Assembly (NCBI GenBank): GCA_965204735.1
Contig: OZ242008.1
Location: 3,168,001 to 3,232,000 of the forward strand
Source of the DNA: Longimicrobiales bacterium
GTDB lineage: Bacteria; Gemmatimonadota; Gemmatimonadetes; Longimicrobiales; Gaopeijiaceae
Direction: 5' to 3'
DNA: 64,000 bases
Shown here: piece by piece, positions 18,922-28,713 of the stretch
Layout of the letters: each line of letters opens with the position of its first letter
Numbering within the stretch: position 1 is the first letter of the stretch
The notes under the pieces: generated by a model
Databases searched by the model: none
What the model was told of the DNA's origin: nothing
Seen by the model: the letters and a program-made list of their open reading frames with translations, nothing else
Made by a program: the position numbers and the translations under genes

Positions 18922-20664
18922 ATGCGCCCCGACGCCGCCACGCGCTTCAACGTCCAGTCCGCCAGCGCCTGCGCCACCCGCGCCTCCGCCACCTCCGTTG
19001 CGCCCCACGCCCTGCCGCGCACGCGCATCGTGATCTTGGGAAGCGTCGCCGTCGCGCTGGCCTTCGCGTCTCCCGCTCCACCCGTCGCGCAAGCCCAGGA
19101 CCTCGACGGCATCAAGAACGAGGCGCTGGGCTTGGTCGAGGCCCGGTCGAAGCAGGTCCAGGAGATCGTGGACATGCTCTTCTCCTTCGGGGAGCTGGGC
19201 ATGCAGGAGTTCGAAACGCAGCGCTACTTGACGAGCATCTTGGCGGACGCAGGCTTCGAGGTCGAGCTCGGAGTCGCGGGGATGCCGAGCGCATGGACTG
19301 CGCGGTGGTCCAACGGGGACGGCGCTCCCGTGATCGCCCTGGGCTCCGACGTGGACGGGATTCCCCAGTCGAACCAGAAGCCGGGAGTGGGGTACCGCGA
19401 GCCGATCGTCTCCATGGCGCCCGGCCACGGCGAAGGGCACAACTCGGGACAGGCCGTCAACATCGTCGCCGCGCTGGCGGTCAAGGAGCTCATGGAGCGC
19501 GACGGCATCTCGGGCACGCTGCTGATCTGGCCGGGCATCGCCGAGGAACAGCTGGGGTCCAAGGCCTACTTCGTACGCGAAGGCGTGTTCGAAGGCGTCG
19601 ACGTGAATCTGTTCACGCACGTGAGCAACAACTTCGGCGTGTCGTGGGGACAGGGCGGAGGCAACGCCCTCATGTCCGTGCAGTACCGCTTCGCCGGCGA
19701 GACCGCTCACTCCGCGGGCGCGCCGTGGCGGGGACGCTCCGCCCTCGACGCGGTCATGCTCATGGCCCAAGCCGTGGAGTACAAGCGCGAGCACCTTCGG
19801 CCGGCTTACCGCATCCACTACATCATCGTGGACGGCGGCGACCAGCCCAACGTGGTGCCGCAAACGGCGACGATCTGGTTCTTCTTCCGCGAGCGCGACT
19901 ACGATGGCGTCATGGCCATCTACAACGCCGCGAACAAGATGGCCGAGGGTGCGGCGCTCATGACGGACACGCAGGTCGACACGATAATGACGATCGGCTC
20001 GGCGTGGAGCCGCCACTTCAACAAGCCGGTGGCGGAGGTCACCTACGCCAACATGGAGCGGGTCGGCCTGCCCGACTGGGACGACGCGGACATTGCGCTG
20101 GCCAAGGGCATTCAGCGCGAGCTGGGCAGCGAAGAGGAAGGGCTGGCCACGGAGATCCGCGAGCTTCAGGGTCCGGTCGACTTGAGCCGCTCTCTTGGCG
20201 GCGGCTCCGACGACATCGGCGACATCTCGTGGAACATGCCCACGGTCACGTTGCGCTTTCCGTCGAACGTCAGCGGCACGCCGGGGCACCACTGGGCCAA
20301 CGGGATCACCATGGCCACGCCGATTGCCCACAAGGGCGCGGTTGCGGGCGCCAAAGTGCAGGCGCTGACGGTGCTGGACTTGTTGATCAAGGACGAGTTG
20401 ATCGAGGATGCATGGGAGTACTTCAACGACGTGCAGACTGCGGAGACGACGTACACTCCCTTCATTACTCCCGAGGACCAGCCCGCGATCTGGCTCAACG
20501 CCGACATCATGCGACGATGGAAGCCCGAGCTGGAGAAGCACTACTACGACCCGTCCCGCTTCGACTCGTACCTGGAGCAGTTGGGGATCGAGTACCCGAC
20601 GGTGCGGAGCACCCCGGTGAGTCAGGACGGCACCGGGAACGGAGGCGGGGAGCGGGAGGAGTAG
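18922..20664 (+). CDS. M20 amidohydrolase (AbgB-like), probably exported
   Basis: GHGEGHN, GIAEE, GETAHSAGAPW.GRSALDA, GGDQPNVVP, GGSDDIGDISW; start uncertain. Confidence 0.85.
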   Translation: MRPDAATRFNVQSASACATRASATSVAPHALPRTRIVILGSVAVALAFASPAPPVAQAQDLDGIKNEALGLVEARSKQVQEIVDMLFSFGELGMQEFETQRYLTSILADAGFEVELGVAGMPSAWTARWSNGDGAPVIALGSDVDGIPQSNQKPGVGYREPIVSMAPGHGEGHNSGQAVNIVAALAVKELMERDGISGTLLIWPGIAEEQLGSKAYFVREGVFEGVDVNLFTHVSNNFGVSWGQGGGNALMSVQYRFAGETAHSAGAPWRGRSALDAVMLMAQAVEYKREHLRPAYRIHYIIVDGGDQPNVVPQTATIWFFFRERDYDGVMAIYNAANKMAEGAALMTDTQVDTIMTIGSAWSRHFNKPVAEVTYANMERVGLPDWDDADIALAKGIQRELGSEEEGLATEIRELQGPVDLSRSLGGGSDDIGDISWNMPTVTLRFPSNVSGTPGHHWANGITMATPIAHKGAVAGAKVQALTVLDLLIKDELIEDAWEYFNDVQTAETTYTPFITPEDQPAIWLNADIMRRWKPELEKHYYDPSRFDSYLEQLGIEYPTVRSTPVSQDGTGNGGGEREE

Positions 20665-20741
20665 GAGCGACGGAGGGGAGCCGGCGACGCTGGTTCCGGT
20701 GAGCTTCTCGGTCCAGCGGGTCCCGGAGCGGGAGTAGGGAG

Positions 20742-20811
20742 CGGCGGAGGGGAGCCAGCGACGGCGGAGGGGAGCCAGCGACGGCGCGGGGGAGCTGGTG
20801 ACGGCGCGGGG
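20742..20811 (+). repeat. 20-nt G-rich tandem repeat
   Basis: CGGCGGAGGGGAGCCAGCGA x2, then degenerate copies; related copy near 20671. Confidence 0.7.
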
Positions 20812-20947
20812 AGGCGTTGCGCCGGGCATGGGAGTGGGACGGCGGCGAAGCCGGCGGTTGGGGGAAGGCGTTGAAGCGACTGGGCTGACGACAGCTCCGG
20901 GGTCCGGAGGATCGTACTTGAGCGGCTCTGCAGGCTCGCCCGAGCGA

Positions 20948-20976
20948 TTGTCCACGGGCTGAACGCGGGCTAGCTT
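20948..20976 (+). promoter_or_regulatory. Possible sigma-70 promoter
   Basis: TTGTCC-N17-TAGCTT upstream of the 21081 ORF. Confidence 0.35.
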
Positions 20977-21080
20977 CCGGTCTCGCGGAGCCAAGGAGGA
21001 GCGTGGCCTGAAGGGGCCAGCGTCCTCGCCACTACTTGCTACAAGGGCCGTTCAACGGCGGCCGAGAAAGGGTCAGGGAA

Positions 21081-21833
21081 ATGGAATGGATTCCAGTCGG
21101 TACTTTCATCGCAGCCGTCGCAGCCGCAGTGTCGTGTTTGTTCTCCGCACGTACCTTCTTCCTACACAGGGGGGAGGTGCGGAAGGCGGACTTCGACCGC
21201 CGCTTCAGCGAGGCCGAGGAAGCGCGCAAGGCTCTCGCCGCCGAGGCTGAGGAAGCGCGCAAGGCCCTCGCCGCCAAGGCCGAGGAAGAACGCAAGGCCC
21301 TCGCCGCCGAGATGAAGGAAGGCCTCGCCAAGGCCGAGGACGAGCGCAAGGCCCTCGCCGCCAAGGCCGAGGAAGAGCGCAAGGCCCTCGCCGCCGAGAT
21401 GAAGGAGGGCCTCGCCAAGGCCGAGGACGAGCGCAAGGCCCTCGCCGCCAAGGCCGAGGACGAACGCAAGGCCCTCGCCGCCGAGATGAAGGAGGGCCTC
21501 GCCAAGGCCGAGGACGAACGCAAGACCCTCGCCGCCGAGACGAAGGAGGGCTTCGCCAAGGCCGAGGACGAACGCAAGACCCTCGCCGCCGAGACGAAGG
21601 AAGGCCTCGCCAAGGCCGAGGACGAACGCAAGGCCCTCGCCGCCGAGACGAAGGAAGGCCTCGCCAAGGCCGAGGACGAACGCAAGGCCCTCGCCGCCGA
21701 GACGAAGGAGGGCCTCGCCAAGGCCGAGGAGTTTTCGACCTTGCCGGGTGTGGGCTTCGAGAATCCGAGGAAGGGCACAAGGAGGGCTTCGCCAAGGCCG
21801 AGGAAGGGCGCAAGGCCTTCGCCGCCGAGATGA
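21081..21833 (+). CDS. Membrane-anchored coiled-coil repeat protein (3' end likely frameshifted)
   Basis: Hydrophobic N-terminus, then 11-aa and 18-aa repeats (AKAEDERKALA / AEMKEGL); repeats resume in another frame after ~21765. Confidence 0.7.
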   Translation: MEWIPVGTFIAAVAAAVSCLFSARTFFLHRGEVRKADFDRRFSEAEEARKALAAEAEEARKALAAKAEEERKALAAEMKEGLAKAEDERKALAAKAEEERKALAAEMKEGLAKAEDERKALAAKAEDERKALAAEMKEGLAKAEDERKTLAAETKEGFAKAEDERKTLAAETKEGLAKAEDERKALAAETKEGLAKAEDERKALAAETKEGLAKAEEFSTLPGVGFENPRKGTRRASPRPRKGARPSPPR

Positions 21834-21990
21834 AGGATCACGAGGCTGGGGATCAGGACCCTGCCGGCGGACCGACTCTGCCGGCTGGACCGACCTCGCC
21901 GTGGAGATCCTCCGGTTGAGGAGCGCGTAGGCAAGGCAGCGCTCGTGCTCCCGCTGCCGCCTTCGCGCACAGCCTAAACACGGATGGGCG

Positions 21991-23076
21991 CTACCTTCGC
22001 TCGTACCTCCGCAGCCGCCTGGGGCCGACCTCGGCGCCGTAGATGTTTCCATGACGGTCCACCGCCACGCCTTCCGCCCCGCTGGTGCCGGAGCGATCGG
22101 GGTCGGGCTCCGGGTCTGGGATGAACGCCGTCACCCAGCCGTCCACCACGCTGCCGATGTAGATGCCCCGCCGGTAGCCTCGGTTCCGACGCGCGTTGGA
22201 CTCGGAGTCCGCGGCGTACAGCACGTCGGCGTCGTCGATGAACAGCCCGCTGGGGCGGCCGAACTGGGTCCACGTCTCCAGGTGGGCGCCTTCCTGGTCG
22301 AAGATCTGTATGCGGGAGTTGCCCCGGTCGGCCACGAAGAGCCGACCCTGCGAATCCATGGCCAGGGCATGGGGGTCCCGGAACTGGCCCACGCCGCTCC
22401 CGGTCTCGCCCCACGCCATGACGAAGGACCCGTCGGGTGCCAGCTTCACGATCCGGTTGTTCCCGCCGGCGTCGTGGCCGTCCGCGATGAAGATGTGGCC
22501 GTCGGGCGCGACCAGCACGTCGGAAGGCTTGTTGAAGATCTGGTCGCCCTCTCCAGCGATGCCGTGCTGTCCCAGCGTCATCAGGAGGTCGCCTTCGGGA
22601 CTGTACTTCAGGACGACGTGGCCGACACCTTCCGGTACCGGCGCGTAGCCCACCGCGTCGGCGATCCAGACGTTGCCGTCCCGGTCCACGAAGATCCCGT
22701 GGGGCCACACGATCTGCCCGGCGCCGAAGCTGCGCACCAAGTTGCCGTCCTGGTCGAAGAGCATGACCGGGTCCAAGTCGCTGCCCACGCAGAGGTTGGC
22801 GGCGCAGCGGTCCGCCACCCAGATGTTCCCGGCGCCGTCGGGGTAGACGGCGCTCGTGGCGCCCCACTCCCGGTCCAGCTTTGCCCAGCCGTCCACGGCG
22901 ACGTAGGGGCTGGGAAGAGTCCCCTGCGCCTTGGTCGGCCCAGCCGAAGCCCCGGCCCCCACCGTCGCGGCGACCAGCACGGCGGACGCGGACGGCGCGA
23001 ACGCGAGCTTGCGGCCGCTGCGAGCAGTTCGGGAGCGGCCCGGCTTCCTAGGGTGTCTGGGCTCCGTGCGAAGCAT
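21991..23076 (-). CDS. NHL-repeat protein (peptidyl-alpha-hydroxyglycine alpha-amidating lyase-like)
   Basis: PHGIFVDRDGNVWIAD, FNKPSDVLVAPDG, FRDPHALAMDSQGRLFVADRGNSRIQ. Confidence 0.85.
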   Translation of the reverse strand: MLRTEPRHPRKPGRSRTARSGRKLAFAPSASAVLVAATVGAGASAGPTKAQGTLPSPYVAVDGWAKLDREWGATSAVYPDGAGNIWVADRCAANLCVGSDLDPVMLFDQDGNLVRSFGAGQIVWPHGIFVDRDGNVWIADAVGYAPVPEGVGHVVLKYSPEGDLLMTLGQHGIAGEGDQIFNKPSDVLVAPDGHIFIADGHDAGGNNRIVKLAPDGSFVMAWGETGSGVGQFRDPHALAMDSQGRLFVADRGNSRIQIFDQEGAHLETWTQFGRPSGLFIDDADVLYAADSESNARRNRGYRRGIYIGSVVDGWVTAFIPDPEPDPDRSGTSGAEGVAVDRHGNIYGAEVGPRRLRRYERR

Positions 23077-24469
23077 CGTCGTTTCCTCCGGTCGAGTGGA
23101 TTGGTGCTGCCGGTTCGGCGGTATCCGTATCCTGCCTTGCAGAACGCCGTTCCGCCAGTCTCGTTCCCAGCCGCCGGTGGACTCCGGCCAGCGCCCACGC
23201 CGCCGAGGCCACGATCAGCGCAAGCATGATCCATCGAAGGACCGCCGCCCAGAACGTCGCATCCCAGCCGGGGGGACGGAAGTCGTACGCCGTCAGCCGT
23301 CCCCAGCGCTCGGCGGTCCAGTGCCAAGCCACGTGGGCCGCCACGGCCGACGCCAGGATTCCCGCGACCCGCGGGCGCGGCGCCTTCGCTAGGAGCAGCG
23401 CCAGCCCAGGCACCATCACCGCCAGGGCGGCCAGCTGGCCCAGCTCCACGCCGACGTTGAACGCCAGCAGGGAGGCGTACAGGTGCGAGCCCGCGAACTG
23501 GAGCGACTCCCGCAGCGCAAACGAGAACCCGAAGCCGTGGACCAAGCCGAAGCCGAAGGCCCATGCCCAGCGCCGGTCCAGCTTCTTGGCCAGGATGTTT
23601 TCGAGCGCCATGTAGAGGATCGACGCGGCGATCAACGTCTCCACCAGGGACGGGAACCAGAAGGCCCTCGGCGCCACCCCCAGCGCCGACGCCGCCAAAG
23701 TGATCGAGTGGGCGACCGTGAACGCGGTGACGACCGCCACGAGAGGCCGGACGCGCCGCAGCGGAACCACGAGGCAGAAGAGGAAGAGGAGGTGGTCGGC
23801 GCCGTCCAGGATGTGGGCGAAGCCGAGGGACACGAACCGCGCGAAGGCTTGGTGCCAGCGCGGATCCAGGCGCACGCGGCCTGGGTTGCCGTCGTACTGG
23901 TACGCCCGCTCGGCGCCGCTGGAAGTCACGTACCGCAGGACGGTGGTGGTGCGGACGCCCAGGTGAGCCCACGCCGGATCGATCGAGAAGCGCGACTGCT
24001 CCGATGCGACGGGCGTGCGGAGGACCACGTCCAGCACGGCTTGCTCCAGCATCAGGTCGGTGGCGGGGGGAAGGCCGGGGCCGCTCACGTGGGCCAGGGC
24101 CATGTCGTAGTCCCGGAACGACGGGTCCGACGGGAGGGAGACGCGGACGCCGGCCACGACCGGGTCCGGGAGACGGGCCGATCCTTCGTACAGGGAGACG
24201 TAGCCGCCCAGCCAGAGGGCGGCCTGTTCGGCGAGGAGAGGACGGGCGGCTTCGATGTCCAGGTAGCCGGGACCCCGCACCGGGAACTCCGCGTCCCGCA
24301 TCGACGCGAGGGGAACCCGCACGATCAGCCAGAGGGCGCCGTTCTCGGCCTTCGCGAAGGCGCGCACCACCACGTCCGACGGCACTTCGTGAGCGGCGGG
24401 CCGAGCAGGAAGGGCGAGCAGCACGGCCGCAACCAGCGGGACGGCGCGGCAAATCCGTCGCCCTCCCAT
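23048..24469 (-). CDS. HupE/UreJ family membrane protein
   Basis: Signal + AAHE; GFAHILDGADHLLFL, TAFTVAHSITL, FGLVHGFGF, AFNVGVELGQ. Confidence 0.85.
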   Translation of the reverse strand: MGGRRICRAVPLVAAVLLALPARPAAHEVPSDVVVRAFAKAENGALWLIVRVPLASMRDAEFPVRGPGYLDIEAARPLLAEQAALWLGGYVSLYEGSARLPDPVVAGVRVSLPSDPSFRDYDMALAHVSGPGLPPATDLMLEQAVLDVVLRTPVASEQSRFSIDPAWAHLGVRTTTVLRYVTSSGAERAYQYDGNPGRVRLDPRWHQAFARFVSLGFAHILDGADHLLFLFCLVVPLRRVRPLVAVVTAFTVAHSITLAASALGVAPRAFWFPSLVETLIAASILYMALENILAKKLDRRWAWAFGFGLVHGFGFSFALRESLQFAGSHLYASLLAFNVGVELGQLAALAVMVPGLALLLAKAPRPRVAGILASAVAAHVAWHWTAERWGRLTAYDFRPPGWDATFWAAVLRWIMLALIVASAAWALAGVHRRLGTRLAERRSARQDTDTAEPAAPIHSTGGNDDASHGAQTP

Positions 24470-24539
24470 GGCAGGCCGCTCGCTCCCGTCGTACTTTGCC
24501 ACTGCTCCCGAGCCTCTTTGTTTCAACACGGAGTTCCCC

Positions 24540-25718
24540 ATGAAGCGCAACGTGACCATCGGCGTCGTTCTGGTCGCGGCCTTGGCGGCCGTCTACGTCG
24601 GCCAGGCCCGCCTCCAGGACGTCGCGGCAGCCGCCCCCGACGCCCCGATCTTCGAGGTGGACCCCTTCTGGCCCCAGCCCCTTCCCAACCACTGGGTGCT
24701 GGGTTCGGTGGTGGGCGTCGGCGTGGACTCGCGGGACCACGTCTTCGTCATCCACCGGAAGGCGCCCCTCAACGAGCGCACGGAGATCGGCGCAGCCACC
24801 GATCCGCCCACGGGCGAGTGTTGCCTGCCGGCTCCCTACGTACTGGAGTTCGACCCCGAGGGCAACTTGGTCAACAGCTGGGGCGGGCCGGGCGAGGGGT
24901 ACGACTGGCCCGCGTCCAACCACGGAATCACCGTGGACCCCATGGACAACATCTGGATCGGCGGCAACGGGCCGGGGGACTCCCAGATCCTCAAGTTCAG
25001 CCGCAGCGGCGAGTTCCTCATGCAGATCGGCGAGGCCGGCCTGCCGACGAACAGCAACAGCCGCGAGCACTTCGGCCGGGTCGCCAAGATCTCCTTCGAC
25101 GCCTCTGCCAACGAGGCGTACCTGGCCGACGGCTACGCGAACAGGCGGGTGGCGGTGCTGGACATCGCCACCGGCGAGTTCAAGCGCTATTGGGGCGCCT
25201 ACGGCAACGAACCCAGCGACGAGGACCTGGGGCGCTACGATCCGGCCGCCCCTCCCGCCCAGCAGTTCCGCAACCCCGTGCACTGCGCCGATCCGTCCAC
25301 CGACGGTCACGTGTACGTCTGCGACCGGCAGAACAACCGCATTCAAGTCTTCCGGGTCGACGGCACCTTCGTCGCCGAGAAGGTGATCGCTCCCATGACG
25401 CTTGGAGACGGATCCACATGGGACATCGCCTTCTCCAGGGACCCGGAGCAGAAGTACATGTACGTGGCCGACGGCAAGAACATGAAGGTGTACGTGATGG
25501 ATCGGGAGTCGCTGGAGGTCTTGACGACGTTCGGCGACGGAGGGCGCCAGCCCGGCCTCTTCTTCGCCGTGCACAGCATCGCCACCGACTCCCAAGGCAA
25601 CATCTACACCACCGAGACCTACGAAGGGAAGCGCGTCCAGAAGTTCGTCTACAGGGGCGTGGGACCCGTCTCCGCAATGGACCAGGGCGCCCCCTGGCCG
25701 GGACGCGCCGGCAGCTGA
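24540..25718 (+). CDS. Secreted NHL-repeat PAL-like protein
   Basis: FEVDPFWP, SNHGITVD, YLADGYANRR, VHC, CDRQNNRIQ, VHSIATDSQGNIY. Confidence 0.85.
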   Translation: MKRNVTIGVVLVAALAAVYVGQARLQDVAAAAPDAPIFEVDPFWPQPLPNHWVLGSVVGVGVDSRDHVFVIHRKAPLNERTEIGAATDPPTGECCLPAPYVLEFDPEGNLVNSWGGPGEGYDWPASNHGITVDPMDNIWIGGNGPGDSQILKFSRSGEFLMQIGEAGLPTNSNSREHFGRVAKISFDASANEAYLADGYANRRVAVLDIATGEFKRYWGAYGNEPSDEDLGRYDPAAPPAQQFRNPVHCADPSTDGHVYVCDRQNNRIQVFRVDGTFVAEKVIAPMTLGDGSTWDIAFSRDPEQKYMYVADGKNMKVYVMDRESLEVLTTFGDGGRQPGLFFAVHSIATDSQGNIYTTETYEGKRVQKFVYRGVGPVSAMDQGAPWPGRAGS

Positions 25719-25810
25719 GCCCGCCCCGCGCCGTCCCGGCGCCGACCCTCGTGCGGGAGGCGCCGACCGCCCGAGCACCCGTCCCGTCGCACGGAAAGGA
25801 CCTGCCGATC

Positions 25811-26491
25811 ATGAAGAGCACGCGACTCGCCGCCTTCTCCTCTCCCTTGGGCGTCTTCGCCCTGACCGTGGCGGCGCTCGCCGCCGCGACCGCTTCCGCA
25901 ACCGCCCAGAGCGCGCGGATGAACTTCTTCATCACCAGCGAGGGACCCGGCGACGGGGCCAACCTGGGAGGCCTCGAGGGCGCGGACGCCCACTGCGAGG
26001 CGCTGGCCTACGCCCAGGGCGCCGGCGGACTGGGGTGGAGGGCCTACCTGAGCACGATCGACGAAGACGGCTCCGCCGCCGTCCACGCCCGCAACCGGAT
26101 CGGCGACGGACCTTGGCACAACTACGCCGGCGTGCTGATCGCCGACGATGTGGACGAACTCCACTCCGACGCGGCCAACCTGGCCAAGGAGACGATCCTC
26201 ACCGAGAAGGGAGAGCCCGTGAACGGCCGGGGCGACGACCCGAACATGCACGACATCCTCACGGGGTCGAAGATGGACGGCACGGCGTTCACCGCGGAGG
26301 ACTACGACAACTGCGACAACTGGACCAGCAACGGCGAAGGGAGCGCCCGGGTCGGCCACCACGACCGGATCGGCGGCGGCCAGCACCCGACCTCGTGGAA
26401 CTCGGCCCACTCCTCCCGCGGCTGCAGCCAGCAGAACCTGCAGGGAACGGGCGGCAACGGCCTCTTCTACTGCTTCGCGCCCGCAGCATGA
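25811..26491 (+). CDS. Secreted lectin-like (endostatin/C-type-lectin fold) protein
   Basis: Signal peptide; FFITS.G...NLGGLEGADAHC, WRAYLS, ARNRIG.GPW, HDILTGS, LFYCFA. Confidence 0.7.
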   Translation: MKSTRLAAFSSPLGVFALTVAALAAATASATAQSARMNFFITSEGPGDGANLGGLEGADAHCEALAYAQGAGGLGWRAYLSTIDEDGSAAVHARNRIGDGPWHNYAGVLIADDVDELHSDAANLAKETILTEKGEPVNGRGDDPNMHDILTGSKMDGTAFTAEDYDNCDNWTSNGEGSARVGHHDRIGGGQHPTSWNSAHSSRGCSQQNLQGTGGNGLFYCFAPAA

Positions 26492-27426
26492 GGGCGGTCC
26501 CTAGGCCGTGGGCGGGGCGCCGGACGAAGACGGGCAACCGGGCCAAGACGGGCAGCCGGACGAGGGCCGGTGACCGAGCCGCCGTCCTGAAGCGCCGGCC
26601 GTCGGGAGTCGCCGCGGGCGCCCTCGCCCTCTTCGCCGTCGGGTGCGCCGACGGGGAGCCGGCAGAGACGTCCGCGGGCGCCTTCCAGGCGGACGACGAC
26701 CCCCTCGTCTTCATCGAGGAGATGACCTGGACCGAGGTCCGAGCCGCCATCGACGGCGGCGCCACCACCGTCGTCCTTCCCACCGCAGGGACCGAGCAGA
26801 ACGGTCCCCACATGGTGACGGGAAAGCACCGCTACATCGTCGAGGAAGCGTCGAAGCGGATCGCCCGGGAGCTGGGAAACGCCCTGGTGGCGCCGACCGT
26901 CGCATACGTGCCCGAAGGGGACGTGGACCCGCCTTCCGGCCATATGCGCTACGCGGGAACGATCACCCTGCCCAACGAGCACTTCATGAAGCTGCTGGAG
27001 TACGCGGCCCGAAGCTTCCGGGCTCACGGCTTCACCGACATCGTCTTCATCGGCGACAGCGGCGGCAACCAGCGCGGGATGGAGACGGTCGCGGACGCCC
27101 TGAACCAGGAGTGGCAGCAGCAGGGCGCCCGGGTCCACTTCGTCGGCGACTACTACGCCGCCAACGGATTCCGGGAGTGGCTGACGGAGCAGGGTGAAAC
27201 GGAGGAGACGATTGGAAGGCATGCAGGGATCTCGGACACGTCGATCCTCCTGTACGTGGAGCCCCGGCACGTTCGCCTGGACCAGCTTGCGCCCGGCGGG
27301 GGGTTCGAGGGAAGCGGCGTCTCGGGCGACCCGACGCGGGCGTCCGCGGAGTTGGGCCGCGTGGGCATGGAAATGCGCGTGGCGGCGGCGGTCCGCCAGA
27401 TCCGGTCGATGGTCGGGGAGCGGTAG
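26488..27426 (+). CDS. Creatininase family protein with lipoprotein-like signal
   Basis: EEMTWTEV, GTEQNGPH, GDSGGN, HAG..DTS, GVSGDP; LFAVGC lipobox; start uncertain. Confidence 0.8.
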   Translation: MRAVPRPWAGRRTKTGNRAKTGSRTRAGDRAAVLKRRPSGVAAGALALFAVGCADGEPAETSAGAFQADDDPLVFIEEMTWTEVRAAIDGGATTVVLPTAGTEQNGPHMVTGKHRYIVEEASKRIARELGNALVAPTVAYVPEGDVDPPSGHMRYAGTITLPNEHFMKLLEYAARSFRAHGFTDIVFIGDSGGNQRGMETVADALNQEWQQQGARVHFVGDYYAANGFREWLTEQGETEETIGRHAGISDTSILLYVEPRHVRLDQLAPGGGFEGSGVSGDPTRASAELGRVGMEMRVAAAVRQIRSMVGER

Positions 27427-27570
27427 GGGCGAGGACCCTTTGCCCGGCCTGCCGGCGGCGGAGAGCGGAGAGCGCCGCCCTCCACGCCCGCGCCGTTCCC
27501 GAAGTGCGGGGCGCCGGCCGGCACGCTACATTGAAGCTGTCGTCGCACGCTTCTCCCACAGGACGCCCCC

Positions 27571-28713
27571 GTGAACCCCAGCCAGACCTGCGAAGACGAC
27601 GTCGCTCCCGCCGACCGCACGGCTCACGTGGCCTTCGAGAGCGTGGGCAAGAGCTACGACGGCGGCCGCACCATGGTCGTCAGCGACTTGAACCTGGAAG
27701 TGGCCAGGGGCGAGTTCCTGACCATGCTTGGCCCGTCCGGCTCCGGGAAGACGACCTGCCTCATGATGCTGGCGGGCTTCGAGACCCTCACGTCGGGCAC
27801 GATCCGCATCGGAGGCGACTCGGTGCACGATCTGCCGCCCCGGAAGCGGGGGATCGGGATGGTCTTCCAGAACTACGCGCTCTTCCCGCACATGACGGTG
27901 GGCCGCAACCTCGCGTTCCCGCTGGAAGTGAGAGGCCTGGACAAGGAGCGGCAGCGGGAGCGGGTCGAGCGGGTGCTGCGTCTGGTTCGACTGGAGGGGA
28001 TGGAGGGCCGGCAACCCGGTCAGCTCTCGGGCGGCCAGCAGCAGCGGGTCGCCATCGCCAGGGCCCTGGTCTTCGAACCGGACCTAGTGCTCATGGACGA
28101 GCCCCTGGGCGCCTTGGACCGCCGCCTGCGCGAGGAGATGCAGTACGAAATCCGCCGCATCCACCAGAGCCTGGGCGTGACGATGGTCTACGTGACCCAC
28201 GACCAGCAGGAAGCCATGGTGATGTCGGACCGGATCGCGGTGCTGCGGGGAGGCGACGTGGAGCAGATCGACGGCCCCGAGGCCCTGTACGAAGAGCCCA
28301 GGCGGTCCTTCGTGGCCCGGTTCATCGGCGAGAACAACCGGCTGCACGGCCGGGTCGCGGAGATCGACGGCGACATTTGCCACGTCGAAGTGGCCGGTCG
28401 CGTGGTGAAGGCGCTGCGGGTGGCGCCTTGCGGTCCGGGAGACGCCACCACCCTGTCGATCCGGCCCGAGCGGGTGGCCGTGCAGCCGACTCCGGGCCAG
28501 TACACCAACGAGCTGGACGCCGACATCCTGGACATGACCTTCCTGGGCGACCACCTGCGCCTTCGGCTCGACGTGTGCGGCAACACCGGCTTCATCGCCA
28601 AGATCCCCAACGTGGTGGGTCACGGCGCGGTGCTGGAGGGCGACCGGGTGCGGATCGGATGGACGCCGACGGACTGCCGCGCCCTGAACGCCGACGACGA
28701 GGCGGACGCGTGA
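27571..28713 (+). CDS. ABC transporter ATP-binding protein, PotA/polyamine family
   Basis: [22 protein letters not shown]-type Walker B, TOBE-like tail. Confidence 0.92.
   Translation: MNPSQTCEDDVAPADRTAHVAFESVGKSYDGGRTMVVSDLNLEVARGEFLTMLGPSGSGKTTCLMMLAGFETLTSGTIRIGGDSVHDLPPRKRGIGMVFQNYALFPHMTVGRNLAFPLEVRGLDKERQRERVERVLRLVRLEGMEGRQPGQLSGGQQQRVAIARALVFEPDLVLMDEPLGALDRRLREEMQYEIRRIHQSLGVTMVYVTHDQQEAMVMSDRIAVLRGGDVEQIDGPEALYEEPRRSFVARFIGENNRLHGRVAEIDGDICHVEVAGRVVKALRVAPCGPGDATTLSIRPERVAVQPTPGQYTNELDADILDMTFLGDHLRLRLDVCGNTGFIAKIPNVVGHGAVLEGDRVRIGWTPTDCRALNADDEADA

Noticed and set aside
17286..20702. Very long alternative-frame ORFs (e.g. 17286-20702, 22608-25778, 39638-42991, 44045-46957)
   Set aside because: Shadow ORFs from high GC and codon bias; they overlap well-supported genes and lack motifs.
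21210..21730. Regular repeats as a CRISPR or ncRNA array
   Set aside because: Triplet-period, in-frame coding repeats without unique spacers.
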